Shown here piece by piece: positions 9,901 through 17,097 of a stretch of DNA of 27,762 nucleotides. The stretch lies in contig NZ_JAAHGU010000008.1 in the NCBI RefSeq assembly GCF_010692685.1, positions 233,619 through 261,380 of the forward strand. Reading direction: 5' to 3'. The stretch's first letter is position 1. Each line of letters begins with the position of its first letter. The notes beneath the pieces are model-generated. The model saw only the letters and a program-made list of their open reading frames with translations, did no database searches and was not told the origin of the DNA. The stretch comes from Okeania sp. SIO2F5. Its GTDB lineage: Bacteria > Cyanobacteriota > Cyanobacteriia > Cyanobacteriales > Microcoleaceae. Position numbers and translations under genes: made by a program.

Positions 9901-11583
9901 AGAGTCTAACTCAGTTAACTGCTGCTGATTTTTTAGTTTCTTTTCTGTCACTTTTTCATAGTCTACCTCAGTTAAAGATTCTTTCCTTTTCTCAGGTTTA
10001 TATCTACCTATCCTAAATATGCTGTGAAACTCGGAATTTGATAAACTTTTCTCTGTTAATAAGTGCAGAGATTCTCCATCCGAACATAAATTAAGTTTAA
10101 ACTTTTGAGCAATTACAGATAATGCTTTTTTGTTAAATATAGAAATGTGTTGACCTTCTTCCAGAGCATAATACCACCAATCATTAGGACGAGGATTATC
10201 AGGTGGCAATAGCTTTGTACTAAATAAAATATTTCTAGTTTGTTGCAGTATCTTCTCAATTTCTGCCAGAGGATTTATGAAATGTTCAAATACTTCAAAA
10301 GCTGTGACTATTTCATATTTTTGTTCCCTATTTATTTCTCCTTCCCATCCTTGAGAAAAAATATTTTGGCAATATTTATCATATCCATAAAAATCTAATC
10401 CTAAGTCACGCATCATCCGGACAAATAAACCATACCCACACCCATAATCTAGGAATTTATCATTGGCATTAAAGAAGTTGAGAATTAAATTTTCTGTAAT
10501 CAAAGAAAAATTTTGATTTCTAGAAACCAAACCCACATCACTACTAGCAATTGCCTCTGTATAAGCTTCCCCTAACCAGTAAGGATTTTCCGTTTGTACA
10601 AAACCACAATTAGAACATTGAAAATAGTCAACATTATATTTATTTAAAACCTTAGCATTATCAAATTTGTGAGATATTGAACCACAAACTTTGCAATGAA
10701 CATTTTGAATTTGTAAACCACCACTAAACATTGTTTTTTCTGTAAAATTGTCTGCTGGAATATTACGAATAATAGAGGGAGGATGAGTCAGAGGAAAAAT
10801 CATTTCCTCCACAGACATATTGGCAAACTTATTAATACTTGAAGTGTGAGTAGCACCTTGACCAAAACCAATATTAGAAACTAAATTAACCTTGGGTAAA
10901 ATAGTTAAACCATGATAATTCCAACAGGCAAATGTCCAAGCATAAGCCCAAGAATTAAACCCTTGATAATTCTTCTGAAAAATCTCCGACCAATATTGAA
11001 CTGCCCTACTATTTTGTAGAATATTTTCTAACCACTTACTACCTCTAAGCTTCGACCATAATTGCATTTGATTATCATAATTTTTCCATGCTCTTCGCCA
11101 AGTTGCCCAACCCCAACAATGGGGATAGCGAGAGAAATAATAACTAGACTCTATTGGATTATTACCAAACTGAAAATTATCTCCAGATATAGCCATAATC
11201 CTCTCATCATTTCGATATCTTTCTAATAACTCTTCACAAAACCTAAAAAAAGTTAAATGAGGTACACAGTCATCCTCCAAAATAATTGCTGATTCTACCA
11301 AACTAAAAACCCAATTTAATCCATTATAAATACGCTCTCTACAACCTAAATTCTTCTCAGAATAATTAGTCAAAACTTCACAATTCCAATCAACCTGATC
11401 GATTATCTTTCTTGCTGCCATACACCTCTCAACTTCTCCATATCTATCGAGGCGAGGAGCATCAGCTATTACAAATAATTGAAGAGGCTTTACTTGACGA
11501 ATTGCCTCAAATACTTTTGCCGTTGTATCTGGTCGATTAAATATAATTATAACTACAGGAGTTGTTAATTGAAATTGAGTCAT
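3910..11583 (-). CDS. Giant multi-domain glycosyltransferase/methyltransferase (2557 aa). Domain order: GnT-I(GT13)-like GT-A; Zn-ribbon plus class I MTase; GT4; 3x31-aa repeat linker; class I MTase; GT2-like GT-A; helical module; OGT/GT41-like; two more helical modules.
   Basis: Uninterrupted 7.67-kb ORF with an ATG start. The motifs recognised in each domain are listed in the domain entries below. Confidence 0.9.
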   Translation of the reverse strand: MTQFQLTTPVVIIIFNRPDTTAKVFEAIRQVKPLQLFVIADAPRLDRYGEVERCMAARKIIDQVDWNCEVLTNYSEKNLGCRERIYNGLNWVFSLVESAIILEDDCVPHLTFFRFCEELLERYRNDERIMAISGDNFQFGNNPIESSYYFSRYPHCWGWATWRRAWKNYDNQMQLWSKLRGSKWLENILQNSRAVQYWSEIFQKNYQGFNSWAYAWTFACWNYHGLTILPKVNLVSNIGFGQGATHTSSINKFANMSVEEMIFPLTHPPSIIRNIPADNFTEKTMFSGGLQIQNVHCKVCGSISHKFDNAKVLNKYNVDYFQCSNCGFVQTENPYWLGEAYTEAIASSDVGLVSRNQNFSLITENLILNFFNANDKFLDYGCGYGLFVRMMRDLGLDFYGYDKYCQNIFSQGWEGEINREQKYEIVTAFEVFEHFINPLAEIEKILQQTRNILFSTKLLPPDNPRPNDWWYYALEEGQHISIFNKKALSVIAQKFKLNLCSDGESLHLLTEKSLSNSEFHSIFRIGRYKPEKRKESLTEVDYEKVTEKKLKNQQQLTELDSENIAERKSKNWQLLDFKVLIDGVFFQINNTGIARVWKSLLEVWSKDSFAKNILVLDRAKTAPKIPGIKYRVIPGYNYGRIDADRQILQQICDEENADIFISTYYTTPILTPSIFMAYDMIPEVLAKNLDNPSWQEKHRSIKQAISYISISENTARDLVKYFPQISANSIRVAPCGIEPKFSRATPQEVTNFQLKYNIHRPYFLIVGERIGWLGYKNTMLFFQAFAKFKKSAEFEIVCIGGNRKVEPELSKYISDSKIHLLQLSDQELKSAYSGAMALVYPSKYEGFGLPILEAMACGCPVITCKNASIPEVAGRAALYINDNDVNGLVNALGEVQKSEVRQQLITAGLAQAQKFSWSRMAKIMTDVFIQTFNRIKVERLSAMEDRKKSGEIPFPINHRDLEMQVKSKEFSSVEDRKKSGEISSPINHGESEIQLKSKELSGMEDRKNLGKIQFQINHGQLEIQRYFRNVNSLDEAIFERVLAYSGMETLSPGQKKQVRKELMEIWVPQILEGIPVKPEWKVLEIGCGVGRLIKYLREKFARVDGVDISENMIQFARQYLADGKQNGELYINNGDDLQQLADENYDFVFSTIVFQHIRSISIVKSYFREIFRVLKPGGYLRIKVHDHSAESLGNFDEEGAKDQQYYFSGNAYTEEKLKDLLMAAGFNLVSLKSAKPWIWATVRREQQLEVGIEKFPQIATLKNNQMGIEYPEINPLSDNNHRPFWSVMIPTYKKAKYLEQTLKSVLQQAPALEEMQIEVVNDCPDHKIQAEIEAIVRKVGGERVNFYRHFPQDIGQAPIFNICLQRAKGYWIHLLHDDDFVLPGFYEKLRRGIEQNTTVGAAFCRHYYIDEYDQKKYLSVLERKTPGIIENFLEKITIEQRIQVVGMVVKRKVYENLGGFCSQADSAADWEIWKRITAFYPIWFEPEILACFRLHSSSETSRLMQSGGNIENARKAIEITQTYLPTKMAEKLSDKAREHYAIEAIKMAASMLKGGNTNGAIAQIREGLKCSQSPSVVNLLISVLVSGETDLIKTPNQSVNSPKPQSIEQQKVVPTVKTNLLPSLTEINQNIQLYQQNQLDESALVRLQEIRKQIAECWLNIQTSEELKNVYLGAFGQAHKALLASGIKDETLTEIEQRFVDKIKANFAKGFNQPLAIQYLLAGMLYQRADRLGIKYEKAPIPSWFATDYLKFMFASPQLFQEIGETDNYHNFLVGWLNYVHNNISTNPDSELWQVIAWFFVENANWIPLYFTTTPNLKNLYIKRAEIIEFALKNRGLELDYKMNDRPFNRPKIRLGILKDHYSPQTETYSLLPVFEHLDRSKFEIFLYAIKSNGHPLEKYCQSHADKFLQLPEELKSQAQIIRNDNLDILFIGSNITATIKNSTLLAIHKLARIQITSINSPTTTGMHSIDYYISGKITAPTETTQEHYTEKLANLEDSGLCFRYAIAEPPSGVKPIRSSWGATDQTTIFISGANFYKIIPEMRETWAKILAKVPNSILVLYPFNPNWTNSYRFAPFIKQMRSVLKRHGIDSKRLVVIKALPSQADIKECLKLADIYLDSFPYGGATSLVDPLMVGVPPVVVEGNALRFRQASALLREIKMDDLIADGEESYINLVVKLATNPQLRQQKRQEILEKIEQNPSFLDSLSYSTQIGKLFQELFQEWQNIHAPKTIESTDKNSLTSEFINRLIGCVNLYEIDPTDQSLIEELRQLRKQIADFWLAVAPKELENTYQGKIRQAYQALLKSGIQNEPQTEDEQKFLKELAETSMGLTNPKAINTFLGAMLYFPPSKMLVRDAKNRLPQWLIDDYKQIFESREVAQKLEKAFKSKSPHLPENSPVTTAEVRPEKNVVLTANQTDNLDIPQQKFINQLLGSVNLYYIDPSDESVVQELRQIRKQMADFWINLEPQKLETFYLGEMGKGYQALLNSKIQNESLIESEQEFLRQLAAQLAKGIEAPKTINYLLAAMLYCRSEQLRIEDITKLPHWLLEDYQKFAGN
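3913..4900 (-). other. C-terminal pair of paralogous ~140-aa alpha-helical modules. A third copy lies at about 6300..6700, before the GT41-like domain.
   Basis: Shared pattern L(R/Q)(E/Q)(I/L)RKQ(I/M)A(E/D)(C/F)W(L/I)N/A...Y(L/Q)G...(A/G)(Y/H)(K/Q)ALL(A/K/N)SGI(K/Q)(D/N)E...(I/T)N(Y/T)(L/F)L(A/G)AMLY across all three copies. Confidence 0.7.
4930..6065 (-). other. Domain 6: OGT/HMW1C-type (GT41-like) glycosyltransferase catalytic domain
   Basis: RPKIRLGILKDHYSPQTETYSLLPVFEHLDRSKFEIFLY; IFISGANFYKIIPEMRETWAKILAKVPNSILVLYPF; DSFPYGGATSLVDPLMVGVPPVVVEGNALRFRQASALL. These are collinear with human OGT segments (RLRIGYVSSDFGNHPTSHL...; [75 protein letters not shown]). Recalled from memory. Confidence 0.6.
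6990..7750 (-). other. Domain 5: GT2-like GT-A glycosyltransferase
   Basis: WSVMIPTYKKAKYLEQTLKSVLQQ at the N-terminus, an acidic IEVVNDCPD region, and LLHDDDF as the DxD motif. Confidence 0.6.
7950..8480 (-). other. Domain 4: class I SAM methyltransferase (Methyltransf_11/23-like)
   Basis: VLEIGCGVGRLIKYL (motif I), DGVDISENM, VLKPGGYL. Confidence 0.75.
8490..8765 (-). repeat. Intragenic tandem repeat, about 3 x 93 bp, encoding (M/V)EDRKKSGEIxxPINHxxxEIQxKSKEFSx
   Basis: The DNA-level repeat is visible at 8560-8765 (ttttcctatcttccata/c... x3). The protein repeats are 31 aa each. It forms a linker between the GT4 and second MTase domains. Confidence 0.85.
8860..9890 (-). other. Domain 3: GT4-family (GT-B, retaining) glycosyltransferase
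   Basis: VLIDGVFFQINNTGIARVW at the N-terminus. EGFGLPILEAMACGCPVI (E-x7-E signature) at 8997-9050. Confidence 0.8.
10150..10710 (-). other. Domain 2: Cys4 zinc-ribbon plus class I SAM methyltransferase (the architecture of sugar C-methyltransferases)
   Basis: CKVCGS...(24 aa)...CSNCGF, then LDYGCGYGLFVRMMRDLG (motif I) and EIVTAFEVFEHF. Confidence 0.7.
10715..11575 (-). other. Domain 1 of the giant protein: GnT-I (GT13)-like GT-A glycosyltransferase domain. Proteins of this type are often annotated HlpA-like in bacteria.
   Basis: PVVIIIFNRPDTT...LFVIADAPR...AIILEDDCVPHLTFFRFCEEL...MAISGDNF...PHCWGWATWRRAW parallels GnT-I motifs (ILVIACDR / VVVEDDLEVAPDFFEYF / CVSAWNDNG / GLGWLL). Recalled from memory. 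Confidence 0.5.
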
Positions 11584-11811
11584 TTTTAGTTTAATAGGAA
11601 AGAAGGAAGAAGGAATAAGGAAGAGATAAGAAGGAATAAAGTAGATAAATCTACAGATAAATCAAGTTCAACTAAAGATTTGTTTAAGAAGGAGAAAGTC
11701 ATTTCAGTTATCAGTTATCAGTACCTCTGTAATAAAGAGGCTTTAAATACGAAATTATCTTTTTTTTTCCTTAAAAGAGGAGGCTTTAGACCAAGATTTT
11801 TCGGTAATAAA

Positions 11812-12205
11812 GTTGATAGCTGATATCTCACTACTGAATCCTGAGAAACTTTTAATTATGGAAAATATTTCCATTATTTTTTCTCCTTTCAAAGTAATCA
11901 AAACTGATAGCTGACTGCTGAGTGCTAAATGCTTATAAGCTAATAAAGCTGATAGCTGATACCTGAGTGCTGAATGCTTATAAACTTTTAATTATGGAAA
12001 ATATTTCCATTATTTTCCCCTCCTTTCAAAGTAATAAAAACTGATAGCTGAATGCTGAGTGCTAAATGCTTATCAGGTAAGAAAGCTGATAGCTGATACC
12101 TGAGTACTGAATGCTGAGAAACTTTTAATTCTGGGAAATATCTCAATTACTTTTTCCTCCTCTAAAGGTAATAAAGCTGAATCCTCACCGCTGAATGCTT
12201 AACCA
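11812..12205. promoter_or_regulatory. Three tandem ~137-bp repeats 230-620 bp upstream of the giant gene start. Each contains the near-palindrome atggaaaatatttccat, which is degenerate in copy 3.
   Basis: Copies at 11812-11947, 11948-12084 and 12085-12205. Each unit also carries ctgatagctga twice and ctgagtgctgaatgct. The palindromes are at 11858-11874 and 11994-12010. Confidence 0.6.
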
Positions 12206-12325
12206 ATGGATAATTGATAATTATTTTGCTTGGGAATCTTTGTACAAAAAGTGAAAAATTTTATATTTTTATTATCTAAAAGAAATAGTTGATCTACAAG
12301 GTTTAAAAATTAAATTCATTATCCA

Positions 12326-12856
12326 TTATCCATTATCCATTAATGACGTCGCTTTATATAAAATATCTTGATGAGACCGTTCCAGTAAAGTCTCATTGAT
12401 AGAATTAGATAATACTGCAACAGGTTCATATAATGGTCTTAAAAAAGAGTCAATTGCTTTTCTATCTCCATAACGTACTTCTATCAACATAAACTTTGGT
12501 TGGTATTTATCAAAATCAATACCTTGCAACACATCTAATTCAAAACCTTCAACATCCAACGAAAACAAATCTATATTTTCAACTCCATACTTATCAAGAA
12601 TTGCAGTTAGTGTCCTTACTCGTACATTAATTTCATAACTATGATTAATATTTTGAACTTGACAACCCGCTTTTAAATGAACCTTTTTTTCCTCCTCTGA
12701 CTTCATAGCTCCATCAACAAAAGACATAAGATTACAATAGTACATTTTTATATAATCCTGACCATAATTAAAAGGAACCAAAGCATAATTTTCAACCGCT
12801 GACTTAGACCGATTAATTCTACATTTTTCTGCTAACTCTGGTATTGCCTCTATCAA
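12326..12856 (-). CDS. FkbM-family methyltransferase C-terminal portion. It is in the same frame as 12890..14038 and separated from it by a single TGA, so it is probably the continuation of that gene.
   Basis: IDLFSLDVEGFELDVLQGIDF is the characteristic FkbM motif (IDLLKIDVEGAE..VLKG). The ORF as listed begins with TTG, not ATG. The segment between the two ORFs (…SQSNT*YFEKYKNWQGILIEAIPE…) is in frame. Confidence 0.65.
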   Translation of the reverse strand: MIEAIPELAEKCRINRSKSAVENYALVPFNYGQDYIKMYYCNLMSFVDGAMKSEEEKKVHLKAGCQVQNINHSYEINVRVRTLTAILDKYGVENIDLFSLDVEGFELDVLQGIDFDKYQPKFMLIEVRYGDRKAIDSFLRPLYEPVAVLSNSINETLLERSHQDILYKATSLMDNG

Positions 12857-12889
12857 AATACCTTGCCAGTTTTTGTACTTCTCAAAATA

Positions 12890-14038
12890 TCAAGTATTAC
12901 TTTGACTTATCCCATCATTCGCCCCAGCTTCAATAAAAAATCCATTTTCCCAAGTTAAGTAAGAAGCAAGTTTAAGATCGAGCTGATTCAAAGCATAAGA
13001 TTTTCTCATTAAATCAGGTTTTATTTCTAATGCCTTTTGCTGATAAATATTAGCCTCAAATAATCTACCCTGTTTCTGTAAAATATTACCAATACTCCAA
13101 TATATACCTGCCGACTTTGGTTCAAGTGCAATAACTTTTTGATAGTAAGCGTTCGCCTGTTCTAGCTGACCTTTTTGGGAATAAATTTTGCCTAGTTTTG
13201 CATAAACTATTGCCAAGTTTGGTTGTGATTTTATTGCTTTGTTATAAGAACGAATAGACTTTTCAATTTGACCTTTAGAATAATAAAAATCCCCTAATCC
13301 CTGATAAGCTTCAGCAGCATAAGGTTGATTTTTAATAGCTTCGTAATAAGCCAAAATCTGATTATCTTGACTGTCTAGATTTTTATTTTTTCTTTTAGCT
13401 CTTGCTTCACCTTGACCCAAAGAAATACCCAAGCAAGACTGCTTTTGACTAGGTAATTTTAAATCCGATAAAAAATCATCACTTTGAAAAAAAATAGAAG
13501 TACAGCTTTTATATCTTTGACTAGGAACTAAACCATAAAAATCAATACGTTTAAATCCTTGATGATGAAGCAAAATTACTCCCCTATCATTTTCCTCTCT
13601 ATCCGAATTATCAAATACTATCCAGCCATTTTTAGATAATTTTTCACCACATATTTCAGCACATTTAACTCGCTCAATTCCATCAATAATAATCACATCA
13701 AAATCACCATTATCATAATTCTGAATTTCCTCAACATATCTTTGCCTATCTTCCCTCAAAACTAGCTTCACATTTTGAGGAATATAAGTTGAAACATTGA
13801 CAAAATAATCAGGATTATGTTCTACAGAAACCACCTGCTTAACTCGGTCAGCGTACCAAAAAGTTGACTGTCCGCTCCCATATTCAAATACTCGAAAATC
13901 GCTCTTTAACTTATCCTCAATAAATTCAATAGCAGGATAAGAATACCAAGGAAGAGGATGATAATTATAATCTATAGATTTTCCTTCTTTTAATGAATTG
14001 AGCCATCCTGAAGTTTCTAGATAGTTCAAATTAGTCAT
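12890..14038 (-). CDS. N-terminal part of a methyltransferase-TPR-FkbM protein: class I MTase-like domain, then 4 TPR repeats, then the FkbM SAM-binding motif. It ends at an in-frame TGA.
   Basis: ATG start. VFEYGSGQSTFW...DVIIIDGIER (MTase-like). AYYEAIKNQPYAAEAYQGLGDFYYSKGQIEKSIRSYNKAIKSQPN... (TPR). The C-terminus FIEAGANDGISQS is the FkbM-family motif I. Confidence 0.75.
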   Translation of the reverse strand: MTNLNYLETSGWLNSLKEGKSIDYNYHPLPWYSYPAIEFIEDKLKSDFRVFEYGSGQSTFWYADRVKQVVSVEHNPDYFVNVSTYIPQNVKLVLREDRQRYVEEIQNYDNGDFDVIIIDGIERVKCAEICGEKLSKNGWIVFDNSDREENDRGVILLHHQGFKRIDFYGLVPSQRYKSCTSIFFQSDDFLSDLKLPSQKQSCLGISLGQGEARAKRKNKNLDSQDNQILAYYEAIKNQPYAAEAYQGLGDFYYSKGQIEKSIRSYNKAIKSQPNLAIVYAKLGKIYSQKGQLEQANAYYQKVIALEPKSAGIYWSIGNILQKQGRLFEANIYQQKALEIKPDLMRKSYALNQLDLKLASYLTWENGFFIEAGANDGISQSNT

Positions 14039-14117
14039 ATTATTTGAGCATTAGTATTTAGTGTGTTGAAAACTAAAGGAAACTGATATAGCGTGTTTCA
14101 ACTTATTGAGGTTAGTT

Positions 14118-14240
14118 CATTAATTGATAATGGATAACCACCTCTGGTTAAAACCGTTCTTGATTGAATATAAGGAAATATTATTTATTTTTTTCCTCTT
14201 TGATTGCTATGTTATAGAGCCATCAAAAGATTAACAATAA
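14118..14240 (+). mobile_element. MITE-like element E (cattaattgataatggataaccacctctggttaaaaccg...gattgaatataaggaaatattattt). Other copies are at 22335..22400 and a partial one at 12196..12230.
   Basis: Direct alignment of the three regions. Confidence 0.55.
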
Positions 14241-14584
14241 ATTTATATATAAATAATTTTGTCTGCTTACTTAAATTTTTTTCTTATTTTCTATTCCCTA
14301 CTCCCGCGTAAAAAAGGAATTTTGTACCTCACGCTTCTTGGTAATTACTATAGAAAAAACTTCTACATCCAATTACCAACTTGATAATACAAAATAACAA
14401 TAGTATAAATCCATAACTCTCAGCTAGCTATTAAAGAAAGAAAGCAAAGAAACAAGAGTTTACTTAAGATAACCTATCAGATAGCCAAAAATTATGAGAA
14501 CTACTCATTGAAACTACCATAGACATCTCCAGAAAAGAGATAGTAAGGAGTAAGCGGTAGGGATGAAGTCTCCCTTCCCTCCAG

Positions 14585-14850
14585 TCCCCAAGAGAACGCC
14601 ATATCCATCAGACCAACAAAAAAGAGAACTCCGTATTCTCTTGCCTCCCTATGACAGCAAGTACTGATAACTAATAACTGATAACTGAAATGACTGTTTA
14701 CTTAATTACCGAACAACATTATCAAAATAATTGGGTCGCGCAACCCCACCTTTTAAGGCGAAATATTCTTGAAACCTTGCTCAAATCCCCTACTTCCCCT
14801 CCACCGGAGGGGGAGGGGCGAGGGGTGGGTTAACTTCTGACTTCTGACTT
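14585..14850 (-). mobile_element. Inverted copies of MITE modules C (14585-14695) and A (14740-14850), a mirror of the left flank of the locus
   Basis: The reverse complement of 14600-14695 matches 3425-3520. The reverse complement of 14740-14850 matches 2935-3062, including aatatt[t/g]cgccttaaaagg[t/c]ggggtt and the AGTCAGA tract. Confidence 0.65.
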
Positions 14851-14990
14851 CTGACTTCAAATCCCCGTTACAAAAATAACTTCTGACTTCTAACTTTTGA
14901 GTTTTGACTTCAAATCCCCGTTACAAAAATAACTTCTAACTTTTGACTTTTGAGTTTTGACTTTTGACTTTAATCTACTGTGATATTATA
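14850..14990. repeat. STRR heptamer block (CTTCTGA / CTTTTGA) with an embedded ~50-bp tandem duplication (caaatccccgttacaaaaataacttct x2)
   Basis: Direct reading. Confidence 0.8.
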
Positions 14991-15073
14991 TTAGAAATCA
15001 GTTAACATAAGTTAATATACCAGGATTAAAAAATAGTCCCAATAGTATAAAAAGATAAGAAGGAGCAACCCCA

Positions 15074-16915
15074 GTGAATAATAAAAGGTGGAGAAATGCT
15101 GGCCTATATGCCCTATTAGCAATAGTAGTCATCGCCTTAGCAACAGCATTCTTCGATCAACAACCCCAAACCAGCGAAACCTGGAAATATAGTCAATTTA
15201 TTCAGCAGGTAGAAACCAAAAACGTAGACAGAGTAAGCATCAGCGCCGACCGTACAGCAGCACGAGTCAAAGTCGCCGACGGTAGTATAGTCCGCGTTAA
15301 CCTACCCAACGACCCAGACCTAATAAACATCCTCACCAAAAACAACGTAGACATTTCCGTACTCCCCCAAAGCGAAGAAGGTTTCTGGGTTAGAGCATTA
15401 AGTAGTTTATTCTTCCCCGTCCTATTATTAGTGGGACTATTTTTCCTACTACGTCGTGCCCAAAGTGGACCTGGTAGCCAAGCTATGAACTTTGGTAAAT
15501 CCAAAGCAAGAGTCCAAATGGAACCCCAAACCCAAGTCACATTCGGCGATGTAGCAGGTATTGAACAAGCCAAACTAGAACTAACAGAAGTAGTAGACTT
15601 CCTCAAAAATGCTGATCGCTTCACAGCAGTAGGCGCAAAAATTCCCAAAGGAGTATTGTTAGTAGGTCCTCCGGGAACAGGTAAAACCCTATTAGCAAAA
15701 GCAGTAGCTGGGGAAGCAGGAGTACCATTCTTCTCCATCTCCGGTTCAGAATTTGTAGAAATGTTTGTGGGTGTAGGTGCTTCCCGCGTCCGCGACCTAT
15801 TTGAACAAGCAAAATCTAACGCTCCCTGTATCGTATTTATAGATGAAATTGATGCGGTGGGTCGTCAACGGGGTGCTGGTTTAGGTGGTGGTAATGATGA
15901 AAGAGAACAAACCCTCAACCAGCTACTTACCGAAATGGACGGTTTTGAAGGCAATACAGGTATCATTATTATTGCAGCTACTAACCGCCCAGATGTTCTA
16001 GATGCTGCCCTACTCCGACCAGGTCGTTTTGACCGTCAAGTAGTAGTAGACCGCCCTGACTATGCAGGTCGTCTAGAAATTCTCAATGTTCATGCTCGTG
16101 GTAAGAGTCTATCTAAAGATGTAGACCTAGAAAAAATTGCTCGTCGAACTCCTGGATTTACTGGAGCAGACTTGTCTAACCTATTAAATGAAGGAGCTAT
16201 TTTGGCAGCTCGTCGCAACTTAACTGAAATCTCTATGGACGAAGTTAATGATGCTATTGACCGGGTATTAGCTGGTCCAGAAAAGAAAGACCGAGTAATG
16301 AGCGAGAAGCGTAAGGAGTTAGTAGCGTATCACGAAGCTGGTCATGCTTTAGTCGGAGCGTTGATGCCTGATTATGACCCAGTACAGAAAATTAGTATTA
16401 TTCCTCGCGGTCGTGCTGGTGGTTTGACTTGGTTTACTCCTAGCGAAGACCGGATGGACTCTGGTTTGTATTCTCGTGCTTATCTACAAAATCAGATGGC
16501 TGTAGCTTTGGGTGGTCGTCTTGCTGAGGAGATTATTTTTGGTGATGAAGAGGTGACTACTGGTGCTTCTAACGATTTACAGCAGGTTGCTAATGTGGCA
16601 AGGCAAATGGTGACTCGCTTTGGCATGAGCGATCGCCTTGGTCCAGTTGCTCTTGGTCGTCAGAACGGTAATATGTTCTTAGGTAGGGATATTATGGCGG
16701 AGCGTGATTTTTCTGAGGAAACTGCTGCTGCTATTGATGATGAGGTGCGCAATTTGGTAGAGCAAGCTTATCGTCGGGCGAAGGAAGTATTGGTAACTAA
16801 CCGTCATATTTTGGATAAGTTAGCCGAGATGTTGGTTGACAAGGAGACTGTAGACTCTGATGAGTTACAGGAGTTGTTGGCAACTAATGATGTGAAGATG
16901 GCGGCTTTGATATAG
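15074..16915 (+). CDS. ftsH: ATP-dependent zinc metalloprotease FtsH
   Basis: GTG start 11 nt after AAGGAG. Two N-terminal TM helices, Walker A GPPGTGKT, Walker [10 protein letters not shown], second region of homology (ATNRPDVLD), and HEAGHAL zinc-binding motif. Full length, 613 aa. Confidence 0.95.
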   Translation: MNNKRWRNAGLYALLAIVVIALATAFFDQQPQTSETWKYSQFIQQVETKNVDRVSISADRTAARVKVADGSIVRVNLPNDPDLINILTKNNVDISVLPQSEEGFWVRALSSLFFPVLLLVGLFFLLRRAQSGPGSQAMNFGKSKARVQMEPQTQVTFGDVAGIEQAKLELTEVVDFLKNADRFTAVGAKIPKGVLLVGPPGTGKTLLAKAVAGEAGVPFFSISGSEFVEMFVGVGASRVRDLFEQAKSNAPCIVFIDEIDAVGRQRGAGLGGGNDEREQTLNQLLTEMDGFEGNTGIIIIAATNRPDVLDAALLRPGRFDRQVVVDRPDYAGRLEILNVHARGKSLSKDVDLEKIARRTPGFTGADLSNLLNEGAILAARRNLTEISMDEVNDAIDRVLAGPEKKDRVMSEKRKELVAYHEAGHALVGALMPDYDPVQKISIIPRGRAGGLTWFTPSEDRMDSGLYSRAYLQNQMAVALGGRLAEEIIFGDEEVTTGASNDLQQVANVARQMVTRFGMSDRLGPVALGRQNGNMFLGRDIMAERDFSEETAAAIDDEVRNLVEQAYRRAKEVLVTNRHILDKLAEMLVDKETVDSDELQELLATNDVKMAALI

Positions 16916-17068
16916 GGCTATAGCAGAAGGAAGAAGGCAGAAGGCAGAAGGAAAAACCTAGCGTTGTCTAGAGTTTTAACCTTTTGATCTGCCCTCACCT
17001 TTCCTTCGACTTCGTATGATCTGAAATTTTTCTCCTCTTTAGTTAGTCAGGGATTACTTCTAACTTCT

Positions 17069-17097
17069 GTAGGGGCGAATGACTATTCGCCCTACTA
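17069..17097 (+). terminator. Stem-loop downstream of ftsH: gtaggggcgaat-gact-attcgccctac, an 11-bp stem with one bulge
   Basis: The palindrome is seen directly. There is no U-tract, so intrinsic-terminator function is uncertain. Confidence 0.35.

Noticed and set aside
9701-9928. 75-aa plus-strand ORF inside the giant gene
   Set aside because: Antisense to a 7.7-kb uninterrupted ORF with recognisable domains throughout.
11590-11640. Possible upstream extension of the giant ORF, or a leader peptide, in the GGAAGAA-rich tract
   Set aside because: The tract is a degenerate STRR (reverse complement TTCTTCC) immediately 5' of the ATG. An in-frame stop precedes the ATG.
12889-12892. TGA as selenocysteine or programmed readthrough in the FkbM fusion
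   Set aside because: There is no SECIS-like stem-loop immediately downstream (the following sequence is AT-rich and unstructured). FkbM methyltransferases are not known selenoproteins. A nonsense mutation or a sequencing error is more parsimonious, and the alternative is kept only as a minor possibility in the finding.
15202-15812. Two minus-strand ORFs (178 aa and 63 aa) inside ftsH
   Set aside because: They lie fully antisense to a strongly supported, full-length FtsH CDS. Their composition is Pro/Arg/Ser-rich, as expected from the reverse frame of a GC-richer gene. They have no start context.
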